Part shown: positions 47,084 to 58,268 of the stretch, piece by piece
How positions within the stretch are numbered: position 1 is the stretch's first letter
Layout: each line of letters opens with the position of its first letter
Made by a program: the position numbers and the translations under genes
Notes under the pieces: model-generated
Seen by the model: only the letters and a program-made list of their open reading frames with translations
The model's database searches: none
What the model was told of the DNA's origin: nothing
NCBI GenBank assembly: GCA_963749705.1
Contig: CAVVNQ010000021.1
Coordinates: forward strand, 1 to 64,000
Source: an uncultured Chloroflexia bacterium
GTDB taxonomy: Bacteria > Chloroflexota > Limnocylindria > Limnocylindrales > CSP1-4
DNA: 64,000 nucleotides
Direction of reading: 5' to 3'

Positions 47084-48253
47084 ATGACGCCCACCGGCCC
47101 CGCGCAGCGCGCCGCAACCGTCGAGTTCGACCATGTGACCAAGGTCTACGACGCACGCTCCGCCCGGGGCGGGACGCCGGGAGCCGTCAACGACCTCACC
47201 CTGACCGTCCCGGCCGGCAGGATCTGCGTGTTCGTCGGGCCGTCCGGGTGTGGCAAGACCACGACCCTCAAGATGGTCAACCGCCTGATCGAGCCCACGT
47301 CCGGCCGGATCCGCGTCGACGGCGTCGACGCGTCGACGCGCGACCTGACGGAGCTCCGGCGAAGCATCGGCTACGTCATCCAGCAGACGGGCCTGTTCCC
47401 CCACCAGACGATCGCGGACAACGTCGCCACCGTGCCGCGCCTCCTGGGCTGGCCGAAGGTCCGCCAGCGCGAGCGAGCCGAGGAGCTGCTGTCGGTCGTC
47501 GGCCTGGATCCGGCGAAGTACGCGCGGCGCTACCCGGCCCAGCTCTCGGGCGGTGAGCGACAGCGCGTGGGCGTGGCCCGGGCGCTGGCCGGCGATCCCC
47601 CGATCATGCTCATGGACGAGCCGTTCGGCGCGGTCGATCCGATCGTCCGGGAGCGTCTCCAGAACGAGTTCCTGCGCATCCAGGAGCAGCTGGCCAAGAC
47701 GATCCTGTTCGTGACCCACGACATCGACGAGGCGATCAAGATGGGCGACCTGGTCGCGGTCATGCGGACCGGCGGGGTCCTCGCCCAGTACGGCCCACCC
47801 GAGGAGATCCTGGCCAACCCGGCCTCGGAGTTCGTGGCGCGGTTCGTGGGCACCGATCGCGGGCTCAAGCGCCTGTCGCTGGTCCGGGTCCGCGACCTCG
47901 AGCTTGCGCCGGCAATCACCGCCCGCACCGGCGACGACGCCGCGGAGGCGCGACGGCGCGCCCTGGCCGATCCGTTCCCGTGGCTGCTCCTGCTCGACGA
48001 GGCGGACCGGCCGCTGGGCTGGGTCGACCAGCACGAGGTGCCGGCGTCCGGCGTCCTCGACGCGTCCCTGGTCGGGACCACGTCCCCCCTCCTCGACCGC
48101 CGGACGACGCTCAAGGACGCGCTGTCGATGCTGCTCGAGGACGACGTGCAGGCCGGCGTCGTCGTCGATCGCCGTGGCGTGTTCCGGGGCCTGGTCACGG
48201 TCGCCGAGGTCGCCGCGTACCTGCGCGACTCCGGGCGGGAGCCTGACGCGTGA
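47084..48253 (+). CDS. Osmoprotectant (glycine betaine/choline/proline) ABC transporter ATP-binding subunit with CBS domains
   Basis: GPSGCGKTTTLKMVNRLIEPTSG, LSGGERQR, MDEPFGAVDP. Confidence 0.95.
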   Translation: MTPTGPAQRAATVEFDHVTKVYDARSARGGTPGAVNDLTLTVPAGRICVFVGPSGCGKTTTLKMVNRLIEPTSGRIRVDGVDASTRDLTELRRSIGYVIQQTGLFPHQTIADNVATVPRLLGWPKVRQRERAEELLSVVGLDPAKYARRYPAQLSGGERQRVGVARALAGDPPIMLMDEPFGAVDPIVRERLQNEFLRIQEQLAKTILFVTHDIDEAIKMGDLVAVMRTGGVLAQYGPPEEILANPASEFVARFVGTDRGLKRLSLVRVRDLELAPAITARTGDDAAEARRRALADPFPWLLLLDEADRPLGWVDQHEVPASGVLDASLVGTTSPLLDRRTTLKDALSMLLEDDVQAGVVVDRRGVFRGLVTVAEVAAYLRDSGREPDA

Positions 48254-49011
48254 TCGATTGGGGCTGGATGGCGGACCACGTCGACACGCTGGCCGCGCGG
48301 CTCGTCCAGCACCTCTACCTGGCCACGATCGCCGTCGGCATCGGGTTCGCGATCTCGTTCCTGCTCGCGATCTGGAGCGTCCGGCAGCGACGGGTCTACG
48401 GTCCCGTCTCGGCCGTCGCCAGCATCCTGTACACGATCCCCAGCCTCGCGCTGTTCGCCGCGCTGGTGCCGATCACGGGCCTGTCGCTGGTCACGGCCGT
48501 CACGCCGCTCGTGCTGTACACGATCCTGATCTTCGTGCGCAACATCGTGGCCGGGTTCGACGCTGCGCCACCGGACGTGCTGGAAGCCGCCGACGGCATG
48601 GGCTACACCCCGGGCAGCCGGCTGTGGCGCGTCGAGCTGCCGCTTGCGCTGCCTCTGACGATGGCCGGGCTGCGGGTCGCGAGCGTGTCCACGATCGGGC
48701 TGGTCACGATCTCGGGCGCGATCGGCGACCGGTTCGGCGGGCTGGGGTTCTTCATCTTCGAGGGCTACCGGCGCGGGTTCCCGAGCGAGATCCTGTTCGG
48801 TGCCGTGCCCTCGATGCTGCTCGCCGTCGCCGTCGATCTCGCACTCGTGGCGCTGCAACGTCGCGTGACGCCGTGGACCGCGGCACACGACGCCGGGCCG
48901 CCCGAACCGCCCGAACCGATCGTACCGGACGGGTCGGACGGGACCGGCGGCACCCGGGCACGCGAACGCGACACCGGGGCACGCGAACGCGGCGCCGGAG
49001 CCGCGGCCTGA
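48250..49011 (+). CDS. Osmoprotectant ABC permease
   Basis: YTIPSLALF, EAADGMG…RVELPLA, GGLG. Confidence 0.95.
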   Translation: MIDWGWMADHVDTLAARLVQHLYLATIAVGIGFAISFLLAIWSVRQRRVYGPVSAVASILYTIPSLALFAALVPITGLSLVTAVTPLVLYTILIFVRNIVAGFDAAPPDVLEAADGMGYTPGSRLWRVELPLALPLTMAGLRVASVSTIGLVTISGAIGDRFGGLGFFIFEGYRRGFPSEILFGAVPSMLLAVAVDLALVALQRRVTPWTAAHDAGPPEPPEPIVPDGSDGTGGTRARERDTGARERGAGAAA

Positions 49012-49739
49012 TGGACATCCTGACCGCGACGGTGGCCTGGCTGCTGGAGCCGTCGCACTGGTCCGGCCCGTCCGGGATCCCGGCCCGCGTCGGCGAGCAC
49101 CTGGCCCTGTCGGGGGTTGCCCTGCTGATCGCCGCGGCGATCGCGCTGCCGCTGGGGATGTGGGTCGGCCACACGCGGCGAGGGGCGAGGCTCGCGCTCA
49201 ACTCGGCCAACCTCGCCCGCGCCGTGCCGTCGCTGGCGATCATCGGGATCGCGATCCCGATCACGACCGTCATCGACCCTCAGCTTGGATTCCGCGTCAT
49301 CCCGACGCTGATCGCGATGGTCGCCCTCGGCGTGCCCCCGATCCTCGTCAACGCCTATGCGGGCGTCTCCGAGGTCGACCGTGACCTGACCGAGGCTGCC
49401 CGCGGGATGGGCTTCACCCCGCTCCAGGTGCTGGCGCGCGTCGAGCTCCCATTGGCATTGCCCGTGATCGCGGCCGGGCTCGGATCCGCCGCGGTCCAGA
49501 TCATCGCAACGGCGACGCTGGGTGCGATCTTCGGGTTCGGCGGGCTGGGCACCTACCTCACCGAGGGCATCGCGCAGAACGATGACCCGAAGGTGTTCGG
49601 GGGCGTCGTCCTCGTCGCGCTGCTCGCGCTCGCGGCCGAAGGCGGGTTCGCCGTGCTCGCCCGCGCGCTGACGCCACGGGGCCTCCACGCCGAGCGGCAG
49701 GCGGGCCCGGCTGCGACCGCCGGGTCGGCGTCCGCCTGA
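49011..49739 (+). CDS. Osmoprotectant ABC permease
   Basis: RAVPSLA, EAARGMG…RVELPLALP. Confidence 0.95.
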   Translation: MDILTATVAWLLEPSHWSGPSGIPARVGEHLALSGVALLIAAAIALPLGMWVGHTRRGARLALNSANLARAVPSLAIIGIAIPITTVIDPQLGFRVIPTLIAMVALGVPPILVNAYAGVSEVDRDLTEAARGMGFTPLQVLARVELPLALPVIAAGLGSAAVQIIATATLGAIFGFGGLGTYLTEGIAQNDDPKVFGGVVLVALLALAAEGGFAVLARALTPRGLHAERQAGPAATAGSASA

Positions 49740-49837
49740 TCCGGAGCGCGAGGCGGGTCGCCCGCCGGGTATCCGGAGCGCCGCTGTTATCGTGGCGCCA
49801 GCCCGGAAGGCCCGGGACCAACACGGAAGGAGACCCA

Positions 49838-50746
49838 ATGCGGTTGGCCCGCACGCTCGCCCTCGGGGCGTCGCTGCTGGTGCTCGTGAGCGCCTGCTCG
49901 ACGGGAGGGGGCAGCAAGCCCACGGTCAAGGTGGGATCGGTTGGGTTCGACGAGGCGCGGATCGTCGCCGAGGCGTATGCGCAGGTGCTCGAGAACGCCG
50001 GCTACACCGTCAATCGTGACGGGATCGGCCTCGGCGACCGCAAGGTGCTGCTGCCGGCGCTCGAGAGCGGCCAGATCGACCTCCAGCCCGAATACATCGG
50101 ATCCGGCCTCGCGGCCGGCTACGGCGGCACGCCCACCGGAGATCCGGCCGCCAACCGGACGGCCCTCCAGGCGATCCTCGACGGCAAGGGAGGGGGCATC
50201 ACCGTCCTCGACTACACGCCGGCCCAGGACCAGAACGCCTTCGTCGTCCGCAGGGAGACGGCCGACCAGTACTCGCTATCCAAGATGAGTGACGTCGCCG
50301 CGGTCCAGGACAAGCTCAAGCTCGGGCTGGCCAAGGACTGCCCCACGAACCCCCTGTGCGCCGGCGCCCTCAAGGACGCGTACGGGATCGACACGTCTGG
50401 TGCGACGCTGCTCGACGCCTGCTCCACGCCCATGGCCCAGGCCCTGGAGGCCAAGACGATCGACCTCGGCGAGCTGTGCTCGACGCAGCCGGACATCATC
50501 GTCAACGACTTCGTGCTGCTGGCCGATGACAAGCAGACCCAGCCCGCGGACAACATCGCGCCACTGGTCCGGAACGACTTCCTGGACAAGGTGGACAAGG
50601 CAGCGTTCGAGAAGCTGCTCAACGACCTGTCGGCGAAGATCGACACGCCGACCCTCGCCGACCTGTACAAGCAGGTCAGCGTGGACAAGAAGGACATCAG
50701 CGACGTGGTCAGCACCTGGCTCAAGGCGCAGGGCCTCATCTCGTAG
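49838..50746 (+). CDS. Osmoprotectant ABC substrate-binding lipoprotein
   Basis: Lipobox VSAC; GSVGFDEA, IDLQPEYIG, AQDQNAF. Confidence 0.9.
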   Translation: MRLARTLALGASLLVLVSACSTGGGSKPTVKVGSVGFDEARIVAEAYAQVLENAGYTVNRDGIGLGDRKVLLPALESGQIDLQPEYIGSGLAAGYGGTPTGDPAANRTALQAILDGKGGGITVLDYTPAQDQNAFVVRRETADQYSLSKMSDVAAVQDKLKLGLAKDCPTNPLCAGALKDAYGIDTSGATLLDACSTPMAQALEAKTIDLGELCSTQPDIIVNDFVLLADDKQTQPADNIAPLVRNDFLDKVDKAAFEKLLNDLSAKIDTPTLADLYKQVSVDKKDISDVVSTWLKAQGLIS

Positions 50747-50767
50747 GCACGGTTCCTGATCAGGTCA

Positions 50768-50794
50768 ACGGGCCCCGGCGACGCCGGGGCCCGT
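50768..50794. terminator. Hairpin between convergent genes
   Basis: ACGGGCCCCGGCG-A-CGCCGGGGCCCGT perfect inverted repeat; no U-tract. Confidence 0.65.
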
Positions 50795-50815
50795 GCAATT
50801 CCCGCTCGCTGCCGG

Positions 50816-51538
50816 TCAGCCCAGCTCCAGCCAGGCGAGCAGGGCCTCGCCGTCCCGCCACGCGACCGGCACGTCGACCGACAGCCGGTGCGCCTCGTGA
50901 TCGACGGTCCGGGCGAGCGCCGGGTAGGCCTCCCGCATCCGGCCGCCGGGACGCACTCGCGAGCCAAGGTGCCGGATGAACGCCCCGTACAGGGCCTCGG
51001 GATCGGTGTCCGCGATGCGGGCCTCGGCCTCTGGCTGGTAGTCGACGGGGACCATCAGCCGCGCGAAGAAGGCGCCGATCTCGTCGGCCATCGGATCGAC
51101 GCCCTGGGAGTGCCCGGCCCAGCGGACGATCGGCGCCCGCGATACGAACGCCACGATCGTCTCCTGCTCACCGTTCACCGCCCCGAGCACGGTGCCGCCG
51201 AACGACAGGAACTGGTTCGAGACGGGCACCCGGTCGGTGACCTGGAGTCGGCCCCAGGCGAACGTTCGGCGCAGGGGCATCGGTGTCCGGTTGTCGATCT
51301 GCGCGAGCTGGCAGCGGCCGGAGCCGGCCGCCCAGAACGAGGCCTCCTCGGGGTCAAAATGCTCGAGCGTCGGCTGGTTCCGCAGCGCGACCAGCAGGCG
51401 AGGACCCGGAACCGTGCCCGGGCGGCTCCCGTCGCGCAGGACGAACCCGAGGTGGGCCAGCTCTGCGGACGCGTCCTCGAGCCAGCCGCCGCCCCACTCG
51501 AGCGAGCCGGGCCACGGGGACGCGGCCGGCGACGTCAT
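50816..51538 (-). CDS. Hypothetical protein
   Basis: Coding-like ORF (PTLEHFDPE…SFGG) coupled to the upstream gene. Confidence 0.65.
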   Translation of the reverse strand: MTSPAASPWPGSLEWGGGWLEDASAELAHLGFVLRDGSRPGTVPGPRLLVALRNQPTLEHFDPEEASFWAAGSGRCQLAQIDNRTPMPLRRTFAWGRLQVTDRVPVSNQFLSFGGTVLGAVNGEQETIVAFVSRAPIVRWAGHSQGVDPMADEIGAFFARLMVPVDYQPEAEARIADTDPEALYGAFIRHLGSRVRPGGRMREAYPALARTVDHEAHRLSVDVPVAWRDGEALLAWLELG

Positions 51539-52581
51539 CACGGCTCGACGTCCGCAGCGATCCCGGTTGCGGTGGCCCGCCGGTCCGGTGCCGGCGCCGG
51601 GGTGGCGACGGACGGCGCGGGTGCGTCCGCGGAAGCCCCACGGCCGCCCAGCGCGACCACGGCCGCGCCGCCGACCGAGGTCAGCAGCAGCGTCGTGGCG
51701 TGGACCAGGACGGCGAACGCCAGTGCCGGCTCGGCGGCGACCCCGACCGAGCGGGCGATGGTGACCGCCGCCAGCTCGAACGTGCCCACGTACCCGGGGG
51801 CGGCCGGAATGGCGGTGGCGAGATTCGTGCCGGCGGCGAGCAGCGCGGCCTGGCCGATCGTGAGCTCGATCCCGATCGCCTGGCCGGCGGCGGCGAACGC
51901 GAGCACGGTGCACGACCAGGATCCGATCGAGAGCGCGGTCGCGGCGGCCATCGTCCGCAGGTCGCTCGCGATCGCGAGGCCGCTGCGGAGCCGGACCAGG
52001 ACGTCCCGGGCGCGCGGCCATCGTGCGACGACGGCGCCCACCCGGTCGGCGCCCGGCAGCCGGTGGGCGACCATCCCGATCGCGATCAGCAGGACCAGCA
52101 GCGCGGTCACCGCGAGGCCGACCAGGACCGCGGACGCGACAACGCCGCGCACGGACAGGACCAGGATCGCGGCCGCCGCGATCGCCACGACCACGACCGT
52201 GTCCACGACCCTCTCGACCACGATCGTGCCCAGGATCGTGGTCCGCGAGACGCCCGTCCTGGTGCCCAGGTGGTGGCTCCGGACGATCTCGCCCAGCCGG
52301 GCCGGGAGGACGTTGTTGGCGAGATAGCCAACCAGCAGCGATCCGAGCGTCATGCGCAGCGGGACCGCCGCCAGCGGCGCCAGCAGCACCCGCCAGCGGA
52401 TCGCGCGCAGCAGGAGATCGATGACGACGAACGCGATCAGCAGCACGATCCAGCCGGGCTCGGCGTGGCGCAGCGCGTCCACGGCGGCTCCGAGGTCGAC
52501 CGAGCGGACCACGAGGGCGAGCGCCACCGCCGAGATCGCGATCCCGGCTGCAGCTCGCCAGAACCGTTCGGGCAGCCGCAT
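51538..52581 (-). CDS. Lysylphosphatidylglycerol synthase TM-domain (UPF0104/flippase-like) protein
   Basis: RAIRWRVLL, ANNVLPARLGEIVR, VERVVD, PGYVGTFE. Confidence 0.9.
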   Translation of the reverse strand: MRLPERFWRAAAGIAISAVALALVVRSVDLGAAVDALRHAEPGWIVLLIAFVVIDLLLRAIRWRVLLAPLAAVPLRMTLGSLLVGYLANNVLPARLGEIVRSHHLGTRTGVSRTTILGTIVVERVVDTVVVVAIAAAAILVLSVRGVVASAVLVGLAVTALLVLLIAIGMVAHRLPGADRVGAVVARWPRARDVLVRLRSGLAIASDLRTMAAATALSIGSWSCTVLAFAAAGQAIGIELTIGQAALLAAGTNLATAIPAAPGYVGTFELAAVTIARSVGVAAEPALAFAVLVHATTLLLTSVGGAAVVALGGRGASADAPAPSVATPAPAPDRRATATGIAADVEP

Positions 52582-52582
52582 C

Positions 52583-53353
52583 TCAGTTGCCGCCGGTCTC
52601 GCCGGCAGCCATGCGGGGACGGAGCTTGGACGAACGGCGGATCCCGCTCCGGTGGAGCAGGAACCGTCCAACGACCCGCAGGGTGGACAGCCCGTATACG
52701 ACGCTCCTGCGGAAGTTGACCGACGATGCCTCCTCGAAGTACCGGGTCGGCACCGCGATCTCGCCGATGTTGAGCCCGCCCGCGGCGACCACCTGCGAGA
52801 TCAGCTCCTGATCGAACACGAAGTCGTCCGAGTTGAGGCGGTACGGGATGGTCTCCAGCAGCCGCCGGCTGTATGCCCGAAGCCCCGTGTGGTACTCGGA
52901 CAGCCGGAGGCCGAACGCGACGTTCTCGACGCCGGTCAGGAAGCGGTTCGAGAGGTACTTCCAGCGAGGCATCCCGCCGGCCAGCGGATCGCCCAGGAAC
53001 CGGCTGCCCAGCATCAGGTCGCGCGCACCGGACGCGATCGGCGCGACGAGCTCGGGGATGCGCGTGGCGTCGTACTGGTAGTCGGGATGGAGCATGACGA
53101 CGACGTCGGCACCCCACTCGAGCGCCCGGTCGTAGCAGGTCTTCTGGTTGCCGCCGTAGCCAAGGTTCTGGCGATGCGTGATCACCTCCAGCCCGAGCCG
53201 CTGCGCGATCTCGACCGTCTCGTCCTGCGACACGTCATCGACCAGGATCAGGTGATCGACCAGGTCATGCGGAATGTCCGCATAGGTGCGCTCGAGCGTG
53301 AGGGCAGCGTTGTATGCGGGCATCACGATGACGACGCGCGGCGGCTCCGGCAT
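52583..53353 (-). CDS. Glycosyltransferase family 2 (Dpm1-like)
   Basis: MPAYNA, LVDDVSQD, NLGYGGNQK, LHPDYQY, GSRF. Confidence 0.9.
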   Translation of the reverse strand: MPEPPRVVIVMPAYNAALTLERTYADIPHDLVDHLILVDDVSQDETVEIAQRLGLEVITHRQNLGYGGNQKTCYDRALEWGADVVVMLHPDYQYDATRIPELVAPIASGARDLMLGSRFLGDPLAGGMPRWKYLSNRFLTGVENVAFGLRLSEYHTGLRAYSRRLLETIPYRLNSDDFVFDQELISQVVAAGGLNIGEIAVPTRYFEEASSVNFRRSVVYGLSTLRVVGRFLLHRSGIRRSSKLRPRMAAGETGGN

Positions 53354-53519
53354 GGCCCAAGGGTAGTGCCTCCTCGCCCGGGCCGACGATCAGCCGATGG
53401 TCATGGCCGGAGCGTTCCCGGTAGCCACGCCGTCGCAATCCCGTCATCATTGACCGGTACGCTTCGGCGTCCCGGGATCGGTCATTCGTCCCATGTTCCC
53501 GTGCCCGCAGGAGTCCAGG

Positions 53520-54122
53520 ATGTTCGAGCGCCTGTTCGGGGACCGCCGCGGCGATCCCTCCGTCGCCGACCGCGTCCCGCCCGGTCAGTACCTCACCGAG
53601 AAGTTCCCCGTCCTCCACTACGGCAGCGTGCCGCACCCGGACCTGTCCACGTGGGACTTCAAGGTCTACGGCGAGGTCGACAACCCGTTCCGGTTGACCT
53701 GGGACGAGTTCAAGGCACTCCCCCGCAAGGAGGTGACCACCGACATCCACTGCGTGACGCGCTGGACCAAGCTGGACACCCACTGGGAGGGGGTCGCGAT
53801 CCAGACGATCCTCGAGCTCGCCCAGGTCCGGCCGGACGCGAGGTTCGTGGTGGGCCATGCCGAGCAGGGGTACACCGCCAACGTGCCGCTCGAGGTCCTC
53901 GACGACGACGACGTGCTGCTCGCGGACACGTACGAGGGCAAGCCGCTGGAGCCGGAGCACGGCTACCCGCTCCGGCTCATCGTCCCCAAGCGCTACTTCT
54001 GGAAGGGTCCCAAGTGGATCCGCGGCCTGGAGCTCCTGAGCCACGACATGCCCGGCTTCTGGGAGCGCTACGGGTACCACAACGACGCGGACCCGTGGCA
54101 GGAGGAGCGCTTCTCCGAGTAG
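53520..54122 (+). CDS. Sulfite oxidase-like molybdopterin oxidoreductase (YuiH-like)
   Basis: RVPPGQY, DIHCVTRW, EHGYPLRL, GFWERYGYH. Confidence 0.9.
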   Translation: MFERLFGDRRGDPSVADRVPPGQYLTEKFPVLHYGSVPHPDLSTWDFKVYGEVDNPFRLTWDEFKALPRKEVTTDIHCVTRWTKLDTHWEGVAIQTILELAQVRPDARFVVGHAEQGYTANVPLEVLDDDDVLLADTYEGKPLEPEHGYPLRLIVPKRYFWKGPKWIRGLELLSHDMPGFWERYGYHNDADPWQEERFSE

Positions 54123-54190
54123 CGCTGCCGGCCGGCACCGGAACCACGGACGGGGCGCCCGGCAGGTCGGCGACAGCCGATAATCGCCGG

Positions 54191-55480
54191 GTGTCCGCCC
54201 CCTCGCCCATGCGCCACGCGTCCCGGACGGCATCGCTCGCGCCGTTCGTCGCGACGACCGCCCTGGGCAGCACTGCCTACATCGCCGCGTTCACCGCGGC
54301 CTCGATCGCAGCCCGGGAGATCACCGGCAAGGCGGAGCTGTCCGGCCTGCCGAGCGCCCTGGGAACGATCGGCACCGCAGGTGCGATCGGCTTGCTGGCG
54401 GCGATCATGTCGCGTCGCGGGCGACGCACCGGGTTGATCGGGGGGTTCGCAGTCGCCGTCGTCGGCGCGATCGCATCGGTCGCGGCGGTCGTCCTTGCCG
54501 CGTTCCCGCTGTTGCTGGCCGGCAGCATCCTCGCTGGCTTTGGCAACGCCGCCATCCAGCTGTCGCGCTATGCGGCCGCCGACCGAGTCGCTCCCGAGCA
54601 GCGCGCGGCGGCCGTCGGCGTCGTGGTCTGGGGCAGCACGGCAGGAGCCGTGCTCGGGCCGAACCTGGTCGCACCGGCGGGTGCGGTCGCGTCCGCTGTC
54701 GGACGATCGGCCCTCGAGGGCGGGCTGACGGTCACGGTGCTGGGCTTCGCCCTGGCGTTGCTGGTCGTGCTGGTCCGCGTTCCACGCCCCGATGGCACGG
54801 TCGATCCGGCACGACCGCCGGGCGATGCCGCCGAGGCGAATCCGGAACCCGCCGCGGTCGCTCCGGAACTCGTCACGCGAACCGAGGGCCTGCTGGCCGC
54901 CCTCGCACCGATCCGGGTGCGCGTCGCGCTGGTGGCGATGGTGACGGCGCAGGTCGTCATGGTCCTGATCATGACCATGACCCCGGTCCACATCCACGAC
55001 ATGGGCGAGAGCCTGACCACGGTCGGCTTCGTGATCAGCGCCCATACCCTGGGCATGTTCGCCCTGTCCCCGATCACGGGTCGGCTCGTCGTCCGGATCG
55101 GGGCGTTCACCGTGCTCTACGCCGGGTTTGCGATGCTGCTGGTGGCCGCCGTCCTGGCGGCAGTCGCGCGGGACCCGAACATCCCCGTGCTCGTGCTCGC
55201 CCTGTTCCTCCTCGGCTACGGCTGGAACCTGGCATTCGTCGCGGGCAGCAGCCTGCTCACCAGCGGCGCGTCGCTGCGGGAGCGGATCCGCCTCCAGGGG
55301 GCGACCGACATGCTCGTGTTCTCGGCAGGCGCGGCCGCGAGCGTGTCGTCCGGCCTGCTCCTCGACTGGGCCGGGTACCAGACCCTGGCCATCGTGGGTG
55401 GTGGCTTCCTGGCGCTCCCGGCCGTCGTCATCTTCCTCGCCGGCCGTCGGATCGCAGCACCCGCGCGGGCTGGCGCCTGA
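54191..55480 (+). CDS. MFS transporter
   Basis: About 12 TM helices; SRRGRR, RYAAAD, HTLGMFALSP. Confidence 0.85.
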   Translation: MSAPSPMRHASRTASLAPFVATTALGSTAYIAAFTAASIAAREITGKAELSGLPSALGTIGTAGAIGLLAAIMSRRGRRTGLIGGFAVAVVGAIASVAAVVLAAFPLLLAGSILAGFGNAAIQLSRYAAADRVAPEQRAAAVGVVVWGSTAGAVLGPNLVAPAGAVASAVGRSALEGGLTVTVLGFALALLVVLVRVPRPDGTVDPARPPGDAAEANPEPAAVAPELVTRTEGLLAALAPIRVRVALVAMVTAQVVMVLIMTMTPVHIHDMGESLTTVGFVISAHTLGMFALSPITGRLVVRIGAFTVLYAGFAMLLVAAVLAAVARDPNIPVLVLALFLLGYGWNLAFVAGSSLLTSGASLRERIRLQGATDMLVFSAGAAASVSSGLLLDWAGYQTLAIVGGGFLALPAVVIFLAGRRIAAPARAGA

Positions 55481-55522
55481 CGCCCTCGCCGGGCGCTTCT
55501 ACGCCGGGCGCTGCTTCGCCGA

Positions 55523-56284
55523 TCAGTTGGTGCGCCCGGCGATCCCCGACCGGTCCGGCGCGAAGGGCGCAAGGCGATGGGCGAGCAGCAGCAGCTCGCG
55601 ATCCAGCAGGTCGTCGAGGTCACGGAGCCGGCGCTCGGCGCTCACGGCCTCGAGCAGCGCCTGCTTGCGGTCCAGCTCCACCTGGACGATCCCGGTGAGC
55701 AGGAACGACAGCGCCGACGGGTCGTCCGGGATGCGCAGCGCAGCCGCCAGCTCGCCCGGCCCGCCACCCGGCGCCGACGCATCGTCATCGTCGGTCGCGG
55801 GCACCTCGACCTCGACCTGGACGTCGATCGGCTCCGCCGCCTCGCCGTCGCGGGGCTGGAGCAGCCGGAGGTACTCGACGAAGCGGGCGGAGACGCGTTG
55901 CGCCAGGGCGTCGGCGACGGCGGCGATGCCCACGGCGTCCTCGATCGGATCGACCTCGGCCACGAGGTAGGGTTCGGAGTCTCCGTCGACGTCGATCACC
56001 AGGAACCGGCGGCCACCGACGACCAGCAGGTCCCAGCGCCCGTCCGGGTAGCGGCTCGCCTCGCGGATCTCCGCCAGGGTTCCCACGGCGGCGATCGAGA
56101 GCTCCTGCGGCTCGCCGTCCACGGGTCCCACCTCGCTGCCCTCGCGGATCATCACCACGCCGAACGGCGATTCGGTGTCCAGGCAGTGCTGCACGAGGGC
56201 GCGGTAGCGCGGCTCGAAGATGTGCAGCGGCAGGGCGATCCCCGGCGCGAGCACGGTTCGGAGCGGGAACAGCGGGATCTGCAT
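55523..56284 (-). CDS. LON peptidase N-terminal substrate-binding domain protein
   Basis: IPLFPL…LPLHIFEPRYRALV…FGVVMIREG. Confidence 0.9.
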   Translation of the reverse strand: MQIPLFPLRTVLAPGIALPLHIFEPRYRALVQHCLDTESPFGVVMIREGSEVGPVDGEPQELSIAAVGTLAEIREASRYPDGRWDLLVVGGRRFLVIDVDGDSEPYLVAEVDPIEDAVGIAAVADALAQRVSARFVEYLRLLQPRDGEAAEPIDVQVEVEVPATDDDDASAPGGGPGELAAALRIPDDPSALSFLLTGIVQVELDRKQALLEAVSAERRLRDLDDLLDRELLLLAHRLAPFAPDRSGIAGRTN

Positions 56285-56365
56285 CTCGACCGCAGCATAG
56301 GCCGGGTGGCGACGGCGGGCCACACCGCTCCGGCTTCGAGATCTCGGTCCCGGTCCCCGAATCGA

Positions 56366-56390
56366 GAAGCCGCCGTAGACCGGCGGCTTC
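56366..56390 (-). terminator. Hairpin downstream of the IscA-like gene
   Basis: GAAGCCGCCG-TAGAC-CGGCGGCTTC. Confidence 0.6.
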
Positions 56391-56456
56391 GTGTCCGATG
56401 AGCGGGTCAGGCCCGGTGAGCGGGTAAGGCCCGCCTGGTCCAGGCCCGGCGCGAGG

Positions 56457-56837
56457 TCAGTGCGCGCAGCTCCTGGCCTGGCCGGCGTCCGACTCCGTCC
56501 GGAAGCTCGACCCGCAGCCGCAGCCCGACACGGCTTTCGGATTGTTGACGGTGAAGCCGGCGCCCATCAGCGTGTCGACGTAGTCGATCTGGCTGCCCTC
56601 GATCAGCGGCACGCTGTTGCCGTCGATGTACACGCGAACACCGTTCGTGCTCAGCACGTTGTCGTCCGCGGTGGGCTGATCCTCGAGCATCATCCCGTAC
56701 TTGTAGCCCGAGCAGCCGCCCGAGTACACGTACACGCGCAGGCCGATGTCGGGGCTCGTCTCGTCCTTGGTGAGCTCGCGCAGCTTGGTGGCTGCCGCGT
56801 CGGTCAGCGAGACGATCGTCGGCTGGGCGTCGATCAT
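56457..56837 (-). CDS. Fe-S cluster assembly A-type carrier (HesB/IscA/ErpA)
   Basis: GGCSGYKY, NPKAVSGCGCGSSF; AAGGAG RBS. Confidence 0.95.
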   Translation of the reverse strand: MIDAQPTIVSLTDAAATKLRELTKDETSPDIGLRVYVYSGGCSGYKYGMMLEDQPTADDNVLSTNGVRVYIDGNSVPLIEGSQIDYVDTLMGAGFTVNNPKAVSGCGCGSSFRTESDAGQARSCAH

Positions 56838-57005
56838 GAGTGGATTCTCCTTCGAGGGTCGCAGGTCCCGCACCCACCCGGTGCGCGAACCAGACGATCG
56901 TACGCAAGGCAACGGATTTCGTCCAGCACCTGCGCCAAAATCAACGACAGCCGCGCGGGCGCGGATCCTGCCGGCGCCATGAAGCCGGCGCGAGCGCGGA
57001 GCGCG

Positions 57006-58235
<1,230 letters not shown>

Positions 58236-58268
58236 GCGTCGATTGTGGCACGCGATCGGTGCCCGGCG

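Noticed and set aside
48952-49000. 21-bp duplication at the 3' end of the ABC permease
   Set aside because: In-frame low-complexity tail with no sign of function.
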